From positions 90,380,154-90,444,153 of the forward strand of contig NC_068988.1 in the NCBI RefSeq assembly GCF_001194135.2: a DNA stretch of 64,000 bases, read 5' to 3'. A model generated the notes under the pieces. It searched no databases and was not told where the DNA came from. It saw only the letters and a program-made list of their open reading frames with translations. Below are positions 1 to 12,520 of this stretch, in pieces (within the stretch, counting starts at the first letter, position 1; each line of letters opens with the position of its first letter). This stretch comes from Octopus bimaculoides (taxonomy: Eukaryota). Position numbers and translations under genes: made by a program.

Positions 1-43
<43 letters not shown>

Positions 44-463
44 ATATGTAGTGTAATGTGCACTGTATAGTTATGAGCTACTGATAGTTTTATACATTGG
101 GGATATTGTCTAGGCAGATTTTAATAAAACACCTACTATCTCCAAGCAAATTTCAAGTTCTGAGCATATGGCCTAGGCAAGTTACAAATCAGGGCAATAG
201 AACGAGAGATATTGCAAGAAAAATCAAGAGGTAGTGGATGCAAAAAGTGGAAGGACGAAGAAAAACGGAAAAAGAAAAGAGTATTAGAGTTATGTCCCAT
301 TTGATGGTAAAGACAAAATCAACGGAAGGGGTTTATAGCCTTCGATACAGTTGCTTCATCCGGAGAGGTTGGTGTTCTCCAATTCGGCAAAAGAACATAA
401 TGTTTTCGGTTATTTTTCTCTTAGACACAGTGTTAAGTACAACAATGTTTGACGTGGCGAAAA

Positions 464-900
464 CGGCGAGCTGGCAGAAACGTTAGCACGCCGGGCGAAA
501 TGCTTAGCGGTATTTCATCTGCTGTTACGTTCTGATTTCAAATTCCACTGAGGTCGACTTTGCCTTTCATCCTTTCAGGGTCGCTTAAATAAGTACCAGT
601 TACGCACTGGGGTCAATATAATCGACTTAATCCGTTTGTCTGTCCTTGTTTGTCCCCTCTGTGTGTAGCCCTTTGTGGGCAGTAAAGAAATAAGAAACGT
701 TAGCACGCCGGGTGAAATGCTTAGCGGTATTTCGTCTGTCTTTACGTTCTGAGTTCAAATTCCGCCGAGGTCGACTTTCCCTTTCACCCTTTCGGGGTCG
801 ATAAATTAAGTACCAGTTACGTACTGAGTTCAATCTAACAGACTGGCCTCCTCCCCCGCCAAAAAAAAAAATTTTCCTGCATTGTACCTAGAGTAGAAAA
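464..900 (+). mobile_element. tRNA-derived SINE (family A), head-to-tail dimer
   Basis: A-box-like ggcgagctggcagaa and B-box-like gagttcaaattcc, then the central motif gactttgcctttcatcctttcggggtcgataaa-taagtaccag, present twice (about 464-695 and 696-900). The same motifs recur at more than 10 sites in the window. Confidence 0.85.
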
Positions 901-1029
901 CAATATTTGATGTGGCCTTAAATTTTAACAATATAAGATTTGATTTCAGATAGATGTGATTACTATTTCTAACATGCTGCATGCACCCTGTACTTCTACG
1001 CGCAGAAAATCTGATCTGAACTCAGTCAT

Positions 1030-1330
1030 CGTGTCTATGACTGTTCAACGTTTTGATGTGAATTGATAAGCTTTCTCTGTACTGGTCGGCTTCTCGCTTT
1101 TCTTCGCCATTCATTATGAACAATTCCTTTCCACGTCATATTATTTTTGCAGTATCTTTGAATTTCAGTCTAGGTCTCCCGTGGTTTTTTTCCTCTTGCG
1201 GGGTTAGGAGTAAAGAAGTTGTCCGGGGAGTTGTCCGGGGAGTGTTCCTGTGTTGGAACCAACATGAAGCAGAGATTTTAGGACCCCGTTATGCAGCATG
1301 TCGTTTTTTAAGACGTTGAAGTGTGATTAG
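1030..1330 (-). mobile_element. RTE-like LINE 3' end, degenerate
   Basis: Minus strand, with frameshifts: GKKPR/GRPRLKFKDTAK...GIVHNEWRRKARSRP, matching the RTE C-terminal pattern GRPxxRxKD...W...A..R..W. Confidence 0.55.
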
Positions 1331-1523
1331 TGGGAGATTTGGCCACCATTTTCAGAAGACCTCTTCACTACAAAATTTACAGTGGTGAATGTGTGGCTAT
1401 TGTGTGTGGAACTTTTGGAGGACGGGTAGCTGTGTTGTGTATAGTTCTAAAATGTAGATGTAATGAAAGTGTTGTTCTTGTTATCAGTGGTGGATAACGG
1501 TAGCTGGTGGTCGTAGACGTGGT

Positions 1524-1557
<34 letters not shown>

Positions 1558-2847
1558 TTGATTGCGTAGTTGTTGTACTTGATGGTACTGGCAATGGTGG
1601 TGGTGGTGGTGNNNNNNNNNNNNNNNNNNNNNNNNNNNNNNNNNNNNNNNNNNNNNNNNNNNNNNNNNNNNNNNNNNNNNNNNNNNNNNNNNNNNNNNNN
1701 NNNNNNNNNNNNNNNNNNNNNNNNNNNNNNNNNNNNNNNNNNNNNNNNNNNNNNNNNNNNNNNNNNNNNNNNNNNNNNNNNNNNNNNNNNNNNNNNNNNN
1801 NNNNNNNNNNNNNNNNNNNNNNNNNNNNNNNNNNNNNNNNNNNNNNNNNNNNNNNNNNNNNNNNNNNNNNNNNNNNNNNNNNNNNNNNNNNNNNNNNNNN
1901 NNNNNNNNNNNNNNNNNNNNNNNNNNNNNNNNNNNNNNNNNNNNNNNNNNNNNNNNNNNNNNNNNNNNNNNNNNNNNNNNNNNNNNNNNNNNNNNNNNNN
2001 NNNNNNNNNNNNNNNNNNNNNNNNNNNNNNNNNNNNNNNNNNNNNNNNNNNNNNNNNNNNNNNNNNNNNNNNNNNNNNNNNNNNNNNNNNNNNNNNNNNN
2101 NNNNNNNNNNNNNNNNNNNNNNNNNNNNNNNNNNNNNNNNNNNNNNNNNNNNNNNNNNNNNNNNNNNNNNNNNNNNNNGAGGTGGAGGTGAAGCGGAGGC
2201 AGGGAGACGAAGGCCGCGAGGCGGAGACCGCGAGGCGGAGGCGGGAGGTGCGACGGCGCAGTTGTGCGAATTCTCCAACTGAAATAACACAAATTGCTCG
2301 GGTCGATATTTGAGTCAATTTCCTTACATTGATGTGGACAATTTAATTTAGAAATTATCATTGTCAACGTGATGACGTAAAGAAAGAGAGACAGAGACAG
2401 AGAGAGACTAAGTGGCGGTGGGAGGGCAAGTGCTGTGGAAGAAAAAAAGATAAGAGGTTGAGGGAGGAGTAATCGAGAAGCAGAGAAAGAACGAGAGAAA
2501 GAGAGAAAGAGGGAGAGATGAGAAAGAGAGAGAGAGAGAGAGAGGGAGATGAGGGAGAGAGAAAGGAAGATTTGAACGATGGAACACAAGTGTTAGGAAA
2601 AAAGCGTGAAGTGCGAATCGGAATGTGTGGGGTGTGTGTTAGTGTGTATGTGTGTGTATCTATCGAGAAAATGATGTATTGTGGAGAATGAGAGATCCTT
2701 CGTCGATTACGACGATGAAATTTCAGTTGTTTTGATCAATTGAATTTCTAATCGTCAAAATTCATTTCTACATTTGTATGTTCAAGAGACATTGCATCTT
2801 TGAGATATTTATCAGATTGGATCACCGTGACATGATATATAACAAGG

Positions 2848-3356
<509 letters not shown>

Positions 3357-4576
3357 GAGAGAGGGAGATAGAAGAAATACAGAAAGCAAGAATTATGTAC
3401 GATTTGTATGAGAACGATGAGANNNNNNNNNNNNNNNNNNNNNNNNNNNNNNNNNNNNNNNNNNNNNNNNNNNNNNNNNNNNNNNNNNNNNNNNNNNNNN
3501 NNNNNNNNNNNNNNNNNNNNNNNNNNNNNNNNNNNNNNNNNNNNNNNNNNNNNNNNNNNNNNNNNNNNNNNNNNNNNNNNNNNNNNNNNNNNNNNNNNNN
3601 NNNNNNNNNNNNNNNNNNNNNNNNNNNNNNNNNNNNNNNNNNNNNNNNNNNGGTGGTGGTGGTGGTTGTGGTGGTGGTGGTGGTGGTGGTGGTAAGGCTG
3701 TAGGTATTGTCGATGTAGTGGTTGAGAATGGTGGTAGTGGTAGGGTGGCTGTAGTAGCGGTTGTGCTGATGCTGATGATGGAACTTGTGGTAGAAAACAC
3801 TTTATACATAATTAAATAGGAAAGAGTGTCGAAATGATCAGTGCAATCAATGAACTATTAATCATACACATACACATACACACAAACACACACACATACA
3901 CACACGCATACACACACGCATGAATGCATGCAAACACATGTAGGCACACATGAAGTCACTTAGACTCAGGAGTTTATATACGTACATGCATAGACGGGCA
4001 CATACACATACACTCGCAACCTTACACACATAGAACTAGAAATAAATAAACGCAAACATTCAAAGACGCATGCACACACATTCACAAATATACACACATA
4101 CATACAAAGATATATATAAAAATGAGCACACTTGCAACGACGCATATACTCACATTCACAGATATATAATTTGTGCTATTGCTTTTTCTTTCGAGGATGT
4201 ATCTTATAAAGCTGACTTCTGTTTTGAAATTTAAGAATTTTTATTCTCCATTAACTGTTGTTACATTCATGGGTGCATGCATTATTTAAATCAAGTGACG
4301 CCAGTGACATATGACACAGTTTTCAAGATATAGAATGGTATATTTGATAGTACAGATGAAGAAGATGGGAAAAATCTGTAGGATTTCATGCGGTATTCGA
4401 ATACCCCGTCTGCTGTAATGGGTGTCCATAAAATTTCTGCTTACCAAATTTACTGACAAAGCATTGTATTGTTTTTGGCACTGTATTGATGTCGCCCAGT
4501 ACTCAAATACGTTAGCTTTTACTGAGTTATATGGTATTTGTGAAGAAAGCAACTATGGAAATTTTTGCGACATCAC

Positions 4577-4664
4577 TATTTTAACTAATCAGTGAATGAT
4601 TTTCACTAAAATCCTAAATATTTTAACTAATCAGTGAATGATTTTCACTAAAATCCTAAATATT
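4577..4664 (+). repeat. Perfect 42-bp tandem duplication
   Basis: tattttaactaatcagtgaatgattttcactaaaatcctaaa at 4577-4618 and 4619-4660, followed by tatt. Confidence 0.95.
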
Positions 4665-4689
4665 CCGAAAAATAGGAGAGTAATACCAT

Positions 4690-5085
4690 TCGAAACTAAC
4701 TTCACAGACCCGAAAATTTCATTTGTTGCCAGCATGGGGTTATAACCATTGAGCAAATATTTTATCAATATGCTGTTACCAATGAGGTAACATCAAATCT
4801 ATACAATACGAAATATTATCTGCTACCACTGACCTGATATACCATAAAATACATAGGTATCATTAAAAAGAATTATAACAATTTAGGCACGGGGAAAAAC
4901 AGAACACTACTACTTAGTCTCAAACTGCATAAGACGCTTAAAAAATCCAACACTTATTTTGACAATAAGTGGTCCTGGTATTAAGTAAATTAATCATGAT
5001 CGGTAAAAGAAGCTGCAATATTTGCACCTCCGAAAAAAGACTCGAATTGAGAAACAAATTCCGCAGTGCACATAAGAATTAGATC
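4690..5085 (+). mobile_element. Penelope-like element GIY-YIG endonuclease C-terminus, heavily degraded
   Basis: Frame-hopping translation gives IFYQYAV, IKYIGIIKKNYNN and GKRSCNICTSEKRLELRNKFRSAHKN, resembling the PLE pattern YIG...RYxNH...CNLCxxEK...CRH. Confidence 0.5.
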
Positions 5086-5900
5086 TGGATTCTTAATAAA
5101 ATTAAGGTATTTTACTCAATTTCCATTTCTTTTTGTTCTATGAACATTTAAATATTTTTCAACATCTCCAAACGAAATGTTTTTACTGGACACAAAGCTA
5201 CTGCGTGATTATTCCTAGTCATTGCCTGAAGACAATTACTCTCTTTCACTTTGAACTTTGGCTAACTAAACTAATTGGTAACTTATTGCTGAACTAGATT
5301 GTTAACTTTGACTTATTGCATGTCAACTCTATAGTCTCATTTATTCATTCAATTTTTTATTACATAATAGTAGCCTTTCCCATCTACCCTTCTTTCTTTT
5401 TGTTTTTTTCGGTAAACCATAGCCGTCACCATTTTAACTTTTTTTGAAGTTTCACCTCATATAGATTTTTTTTTTTCTTTCCGGAGATATAATTATGACA
5501 GTACAGAGAAAACAACTAAATAATGGTGGACTCCAAAATGAGAGATATCCCTTCTAAACACTTGCGCGTGACTGCAACTCTTGATGCCTACCAGTCTCTT
5601 TGCTTAACAAACATCTTTTATCAAACCGATTGTCCATTCAAAATTAAGCAAGACGCAGTCATTCACTGCGTAATTTCGCTTAAATAAATGTTTGTGCAAT
5701 CGATTATTTTAAGAAAAATTTCTAAAACACTTATCATTGTAAATAATTATATACGTCATCCGTTGAATACGTGCTTTTAAACAGTTTTTATAATAGTATA
5801 CATACGGATATAATAGCCTGTATATATATATAAATATTTTATATACGTATGCGTATGCGTATATACAAAAATGTTTTTCAATAATATGTGCATATAAAAG

Positions 5901-5950
<50 letters not shown>

Positions 5951-6875
5951 NNNNNNNNNNNNNNNNNNNNNNNNNNNNNNNNNNNNNNNNNNNNNNNNNN
6001 NNNNNNNNNNNNNNNNNNNNNNNNNNNNNNNNNNNNNNNNNNNNNNNNNNNNNNNNNNNNNNNNNNNNNNNNNNNNNNNNNNNNNNNNNNNNNNNNNNNN
6101 NNNNNNNNNNNNNNNNNNNNNNNNNNNNNNNNNNNNNNNNNNNNNNNNNNNNNNNNNNNNNNNNNNNNNNNNNNNNNNNNNNNNNNNNNNNNNNNNNNNN
6201 NNNNNNNNNNNNNNNNNNNNNNNNNNNNNNNNNNNNNNNNNNNNNNNNNNNNNNNNNNNNNNNNNNNNNNNNNNNNNNNNNNNNNNNNNNNNNNNNNNNN
6301 NNNNNNNNNNNNNNNNNNNNNNNNNNNNNNNNNNNNNNNNNNNNNNNNNNNNNNNNNNNNNNNNNNNNNNNNNNNNNNNNNNNNNNNNNNNNNNNNNNNN
6401 NNNNNNNNNNNNNNNNNNNNNNNNNNNNNNNNNNNNNNNNNNNNNNNNNNNNNNNNNNNNNNNNNNNNNNNNNNNNNNNNNNNNNNNNNNNNNNNNNNNN
6501 NNNNNNNNNNNNNNNNNNNNNNNNNNNNNNNNNNNNNNNNNNNNNNNNNNNNNNNNNNNNNNNNNNNNNNNNNNNNNNNNNNNNNNNNNNNNNNNNNNNN
6601 NNNNNNNNNNNNNNNNNNNNNNNNNNNNNNNNNNNNNNNNNNNNNNNNNNNNNNNNNNNNNNNNNNNNNNNNNNNNNNNNNNNNNNNNNNNNNNNNNNNN
6701 NNNNNNNNNNNNNNNNNNNNNNNNNNNNNNNNNNNNNNNNNNNNNNNNNNNNNNNNNNNNNNNNNNNNNNNNNNNNNNNNNNNNNNNNNNNNNNNNNNNN
6801 NNNNNNNNNNNNNNNNNNNNNNNNNNNNNNNNNNNNNNNNATATATATATATATATGTATGTATGTATGTATCTG

Positions 6876-6906
<31 letters not shown>

Positions 6907-6964
6907 GTCTATCTATGTGTGTGTATATGCGCGCGTGCCTTTGATTCTGTCTTTATCCGTCGCT

Positions 6965-7300
6965 GAAGGCGCGTGACTTAGTAATTAGGGAAATTCGACG
7001 CAGGATTGTAGGTCGTGATTTCAGTACACGGTCATGTGTTTTCTCCTTGCGTAAGACCCTTTTTTTTTACGTGAATCCAGTCCCTTCAGCTAGCAAAATT
7101 GAGTAGTATCTGTGATTGAAAAGGCTAGCTTGTCACATTCTGTGTTATGCTAAATGTTCCTGAGGACTTTATTAAAGGTATGCGTGACTGTGAAATGTTC
7201 AGCTTCTTGCACGTTAATTTCACGAGCACGATGTTTCGTTCATCGCATCCACTGAAACCCTTTTTGTCGCAACCGACAGTGCGCCTCTGCCAATTTAGCA
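6965..7300 (+). mobile_element. tRNA-derived SINE (family B), degraded
   Basis: Head ggcgcgtgacttagtaattaggg; body gcacgttaatttcacgagcacgatgtttcgttcatcgcatccactgaaaccc matches the reverse complement of 17870-18040. Confidence 0.7.
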
Positions 7301-7324
7301 CCCCACTAGTGTTTGATAACCGAT

Positions 7325-7495
7325 GTTGGTATGTTTACGACCCTGTAACCTAGTGGTTAGGCCAAATAACCGATAGAAAAATTAGTACACTAAAAAAAAA
7401 AAAGAACTGGGACTCACTCGACTATCATTTTTTCAAGGCTGCACCCCAGCATGGCCGCAGTCAAATAACTGAAACAACTGGAAGATTAGAGAAAG
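7325..7495 (+). mobile_element. SINE family C 3' half
   Basis: ccctgtaacctagtggtt...ccgataga...gcaccccagcatggccgcagtcaaataactgaaaca, shared with 43300-43460 and 43990-44165. Confidence 0.7.
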
Positions 7496-7496
7496 A

Positions 7497-7529
<33 letters not shown>

Positions 7530-8574
7530 NNNNNNNNNNNNNNNNNNNNNNNNNNNNNNNNNNNNNNNNNNNNNNNNNNNNNNNNNNNNNNNNNNNNNNN
7601 NNNNNNNNNNNNNNNNNNNNNNNNNNNNNNNNNNNNNNNNNNNNNNNNNNNNNNNNNNNNNNNNNNNNNNNNNNNNNNNNNNNNNNNNNNNNNNNNNNNN
7701 NNNNNNNNNNNNNNNNNNNNNNNNNNNNNNNNNNNNNNNNNNNNNNNNNNNNNNNNNNNNNNNNNNNNNNNNNNNNNNNNNNNNNNNNNNNNNNNNNNNN
7801 NNNNNNNNNNNNNNNNNNNNNNNNNNNNNNNNNNNNNNNNNNNNNNNNNNNNNNNNNNNNNNNNNNNNNNNNNNNNNNNNNNNNNNNNNNNNNNNNNNNN
7901 NNNNNNNNNNNNNNNNNNNNNTATATATATATATATATATCATAATTGAAATTTCAAGCCTTATGCTGAGATGTTTCAGAAAATCCACATTTATTCAGAT
8001 TTTGTTGCTCTTGTTTTATGCTTTTGTTTTGAAGTACTTGTCTTCGTTGAGCGTGTAGTAGTCGTTTTTGCTTTTATTAATATTAGTTTTCATTATTGTT
8101 ATTATTATTGTTGGTGTTGCTGCTTTTGTTGTTGCTGCTGATATTGAATTGGAGTCTGTCCAATTATTGCTAACATGTTCCGTTAGATATTCCATCAAAA
8201 TTTATTAATTTAAAACAAAAACAAAACTGTAACAAAACAATAAAATTATTAAAGTTGTATATTTAAGAATATGAAACGTTGCCAGTTTTAGTGTTGTTTA
8301 GAAATATTTTGCGTTTTTCCCACAATTTTATGAAAATCTTACACAGAAAACATGACAGAATTTCAAAACATTGAACAGAAAACTGAAAATCTTCAAGCTA
8401 AAGATCTATAGCTAAAGGTCAGAGATGGACATATACTTGGAATTTGTTCATTATAGTTTCATTCCTTGCTTCATCACCATCAAATCTTCAGAATCTCAAT
8501 ATGTTGAATGACATCAAAACATCAATATAATAACTTTTATCAGCCTTACTTTTCTAACTGAAATTTATAGAAAA

Positions 8575-8800
8575 ACAAAAGACGAAGACAGGTGTATGAA
8601 TAACAAGCAAGTGTATTTGTTTGACGCCCGGGAAAAATGAAAAAGTCTTTTACGTTTCGAGCCTACGCTCTTCAACGGAAAGGAATAAGAGGAAATAAAC
8701 AGAGATTGAGTGTAAAAAAACGTGTAGTGTTCAGTGGTCCAGCATGGCGAACGATAGGAATTTTAGGCGGTGGTGAAGGTGGAGAAGGAAGGATTTGTAA
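8575..8800 (-). mobile_element. Penelope-type terminal repeat (pLTR) with variant hammerhead motif
   Basis: Reverse complement reads cctttccgttgaagagcgtaggctcgaaacgtaaaag...acacctgtcttcgtc, homologous to 23361-23507 and 23854-24000. Confidence 0.65.
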
Positions 8801-11800
8801 TTAAGCATGCTAGAAAAGGGGAAAAAATAGGGGCAGAAGGGGAAAGGAGAAAAAGCAGAAAACAGAAGAAAAAAGTTAAAAAAGGAGAAAAAAATAAAAA
8901 GAGAAAAAAGAAAAGAAGAAAGTAAGGTGGTTATCAGCGTGTACGTCATTTGAAAGTAAGCTGTCATAGTCTCTAAGATTGAAGTAAATTATAGTTCTGG
9001 CGTTGAAGTAGTATCAGAAATGACAATCAGTGTCATAACTACTTCGAAATATGTGTAGAGTATCCTTTATTTATTTGTATGTGCTTGTCCTGTTTTGGTC
9101 TGGAGGAAATGGCTCTGCTTATTAGCCTTCACACGGCCTCCGGAATGAAGCAATTCGACATGGATAACGTTCGTCTTGATTAGTTACAAGGAGATGGTTG
9201 TAGGGTAAAAAAAAGGTTTACAGAAACAGAATTCCAGGAGCCCAAGTTTCTGTAAAAGAGAAAGAAATGAGAGATGTAGTAACTGCCTCACTTCGCGATT
9301 ATGTTGACCAATTAGCCACTAAATACCATGGAAGAGAAGCACACTGCATTGATCGGCAGCAATTCGCAGCCCGTACGATTACTCACGGCAAGAGAACCGC
9401 TCCTTTTGTCGACAGTCACCTATGCGATCTCGTACAAGCCTTGCTTTCGTTCAATCCACGAAGAGCAACATGCGGAAAGGTGAATTCACCAAACGAAATG
9501 ACTTTCGATCTTGTGGCTACGCATTAAGCCACTTCGGATATGGGTGGGCATCGGGTAGTGATTTGGTGGGCAGCGATGTGGGAGAGGTCACTGAATCTGA
9601 CACAATATTGGTAAAAGGAGGATCAGAGACGAGCGTCTCGAGAGCGGCTAAGTAGAAATAAAATGAGAGGGGCCATATCCGATGAGAAGCTGTTGCTGTA
9701 GGGAAAACAGTGAGGAGACAGCAGGTTATATCAACCAGTGATGGAATTGTGTTAATGAGCAGTTTCATACAAATCCGCCTGAGTGGATTTTTTTCAAATG
9801 CGGTGTACGACATATATACGATACGAAGTAGTAAAACTATTGCGAGTTTCTCATGAACTTTGGAAAGAGTTAATTTGTTGAACGGGGTGAAAGGTGAAGT
9901 ATTTATTTGCTGACGCTAAAAAGGCTAGTTTTGTGATGCAGATTTTCTTCTGCTCAAAATGTGCGATCTCCAGAAGAGATCGTCAGTGGGCGTAAAGCCT
10001 GGCGTTCTGGTCAAGATTGCGAGCATGGTAATGAGATGTTTAATTTTAAGAAAGCGCGAGGTACACTATTCTCTTCATATTGTTTTATTCTTTAATTCTT
10101 TTCTTTGTTTCCGACATGGACAGCCGTCATACTGGAGCACCGCCTTCAAATATTTATTGGATCCAATCGCTGCAGTACTTAATCTTTTTAAAGTCTGACA
10201 CATATTCTATCGATCATTAGTATATAGTTTATTAGTATATAGTTTATAACATCACATGTTGTTTTTATTTGTGCTATATCTTTACAGTTATTCGTAAAGT
10301 ACCTACTAATGAGAGTGTTTCTATACTTCATAGTTAGACTGAGCATATACGCGGTACCTATTTACGGTTATTCCTATTAAACTGATCACGCTACTTCATT
10401 TAGTTTTAGCTATTTTTTTATCTCGTTCCCAACATCATTTTAATGCTAGATGTAGTGTGCCTTATCAGTATACCAATTGCTAGTTTGTCAAATTTACAAA
10501 TAGAAATATAGTACTAACTAATGGCACCTCTTAATATTTAAATAGAAAGTGCTTACGGGGACTGTGGACAGTGGACAATGAACAGGGCTTGCGGATTTAC
10601 AGTGTTATACGCATTTGCTATCAGGTTATCTGAGGTTTCATGATAGCTGCATTGTGTGGCCGTTATTGAAACTAGAACCAGGGACCTTGTTTATTCTGTG
10701 TCTTTATCAGATCTCCTCTCACCCAAGTAATCAGTAAGGAGTGGTGTAGGAAGAATTATAGCGTTAGATTACAAAACGATTTATGGTATTGATCTATAAT
10801 ATCGATTGATTTCGCTTCGCTTTATTTGATTTAAAATTTTGTTTTTATTTCTATTTTCTTTTTATTTGATTTATTTACGATCGCTACTTCCAATAAAAAG
10901 CATTAAAAACCCTACAGAATGTCCATTAGGAAGGCCAGCAAAAAAAGAGAGGGAGCGAGAGATGAGAAGGAGGAGAATGATAGAGAGTGGTTTTCTTTAG
11001 ATGCTAAACTATGCAGACTTAATGTACGGTACAGGGCTAACTCGTGGTTAAAGCAAATAGCTTGAATAGAGGGAAACAATTTGGAGCTAATTGCAATTAG
11101 ATGGTGACAAAAGAACGACTATAAACTTTATGAATCTCTAATTTGGAAGAGCGATTTTCTCTTGTCAACATAATCACAGGATGGATTCAGAACCTATTGT
11201 TTATTGTACTCCATCAACCTCTCTAGCATCCTCTCTTCTTCATTCTCCTTCTCTTCCTCTATCTTCTTTAACTCTTCCTTCATCAGTCTCTCTCTCTCTC
11301 TCTTTATCTCTCTCTTTATCTCTCTCTATATATCTCTCTCTATATATCTCTCTCTCACCTCTCTTTCTGTGTCTCTCTTCTCTGTCTCTGGACAAATAGG
11401 GAAGCTGTATTTAGAAGTTAATGTACAAACTATGGTAGTGGTCGCCGTTGTTGTTATGTAGGATGTAATAGCGGCGACGGTAGTGGTGAAAATATGCTAA
11501 AAGGAATAGAAAAGTTTTGTAGTCGAAGTAATAGCATCTTTTGACTGGTTTTATTATTTTTACCGTTACTTGGTGTTGTTCTTGAATTTGTTGTCGATGC
11601 TGCTACAGCTGCTGCTGTTGTTATTGTTATAACTGTTGTTGTTATTATTCTTGTTGTTCTTGTTGTTGTAACCCAGTCCATTATTATTTATGCCGGCCAT
11701 ACAATCATACATTGTTATGCCGTGATATTATACAGTGTGACCTTGTCGCTAATGTTGACTGTGAGGGTTGCAATGTGTAGGTTGTTGCCACTGTCGGGGT

Positions 11801-12219
11801 GGAAGAGGAGGAGGAGGAGGAGGANNNNNNNNNNNNNNNNNNNNNNNNNNNNNNNNNNNNNNNNNNNNNNNNNNNNNNNNNNNNNNNNNNNNNNNNNNNN
11901 NGGTGGTGGTGGTGGTGGTGGTGGTGATAATGGTTGTGGTTTGCTGGCCGGGGTAGTAGTGGTGTTGATGTTGATAGTGGTGCTGGTGGTGATATTGCAT
12001 TCATGTAAGATGTATTGTTGATGTTGCTGTCGTTGACGATGGTGGTAGGGGGTGTGGGAATGGTGGTGAGAATTGGGGGAATGTGGCTGCAGTAGTTTTG
12101 TATTGATGTAGTTGTTGTTGATGATGGTAGCTTGATGTGGTTGGTAGTGGTGGTAGTCATGTGATGGCAGTGGTGGTAGTCATGTGATGGTAGTGGTGGT
12201 AATATTGGTGGTTGTGGTG

Positions 12220-12520
12220 TGGCGGACAGTTGGCAAAATCGTTAGCGTGCCGGAAGCATTTTGTGCGTCTTTATGTTCTGAGATCAAATTCCGCCGAGAT
12301 CGTCTTCGCTTTTCATCCTTCCAGAATCGATAAGATAAGTACAACTTGAGCAGTGGGGTCGATGTAATCAACTCATCCTTCCCCGCAAATTGCTACCCTT
12401 ATGGAAAAATTTAAAATTATTATTATCGATGAAATAAGTACCTATTGGACACTGGGGGTTGATGTAATTGACTAACGCCCATTTCTCCGAAATTTCTAGC
12501 CTTTTGCCAAAATTTAAAAC
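12220..12520 (+). mobile_element. SINE family A copy plus adjacent 3' fragment
   Basis: tggcaaaatcgttagc...gttctgagatcaaattccgccgag...cttttcatcc...ggggtcgatgtaatc, with a second partial copy at about 12420-12520. Confidence 0.75.

Noticed and set aside
335-372. Minus-strand cggatgaagc...tcgaag hammerhead-like relic
   Set aside because: Both core halves are mutated and no stem II forms.
9222-9249. Possible minus-strand micro-exon (tctcttttacag acceptor)
   Set aside because: 28 nt (frame-shifting), weak donor gtaaac, and located in probable TE-derived sequence.
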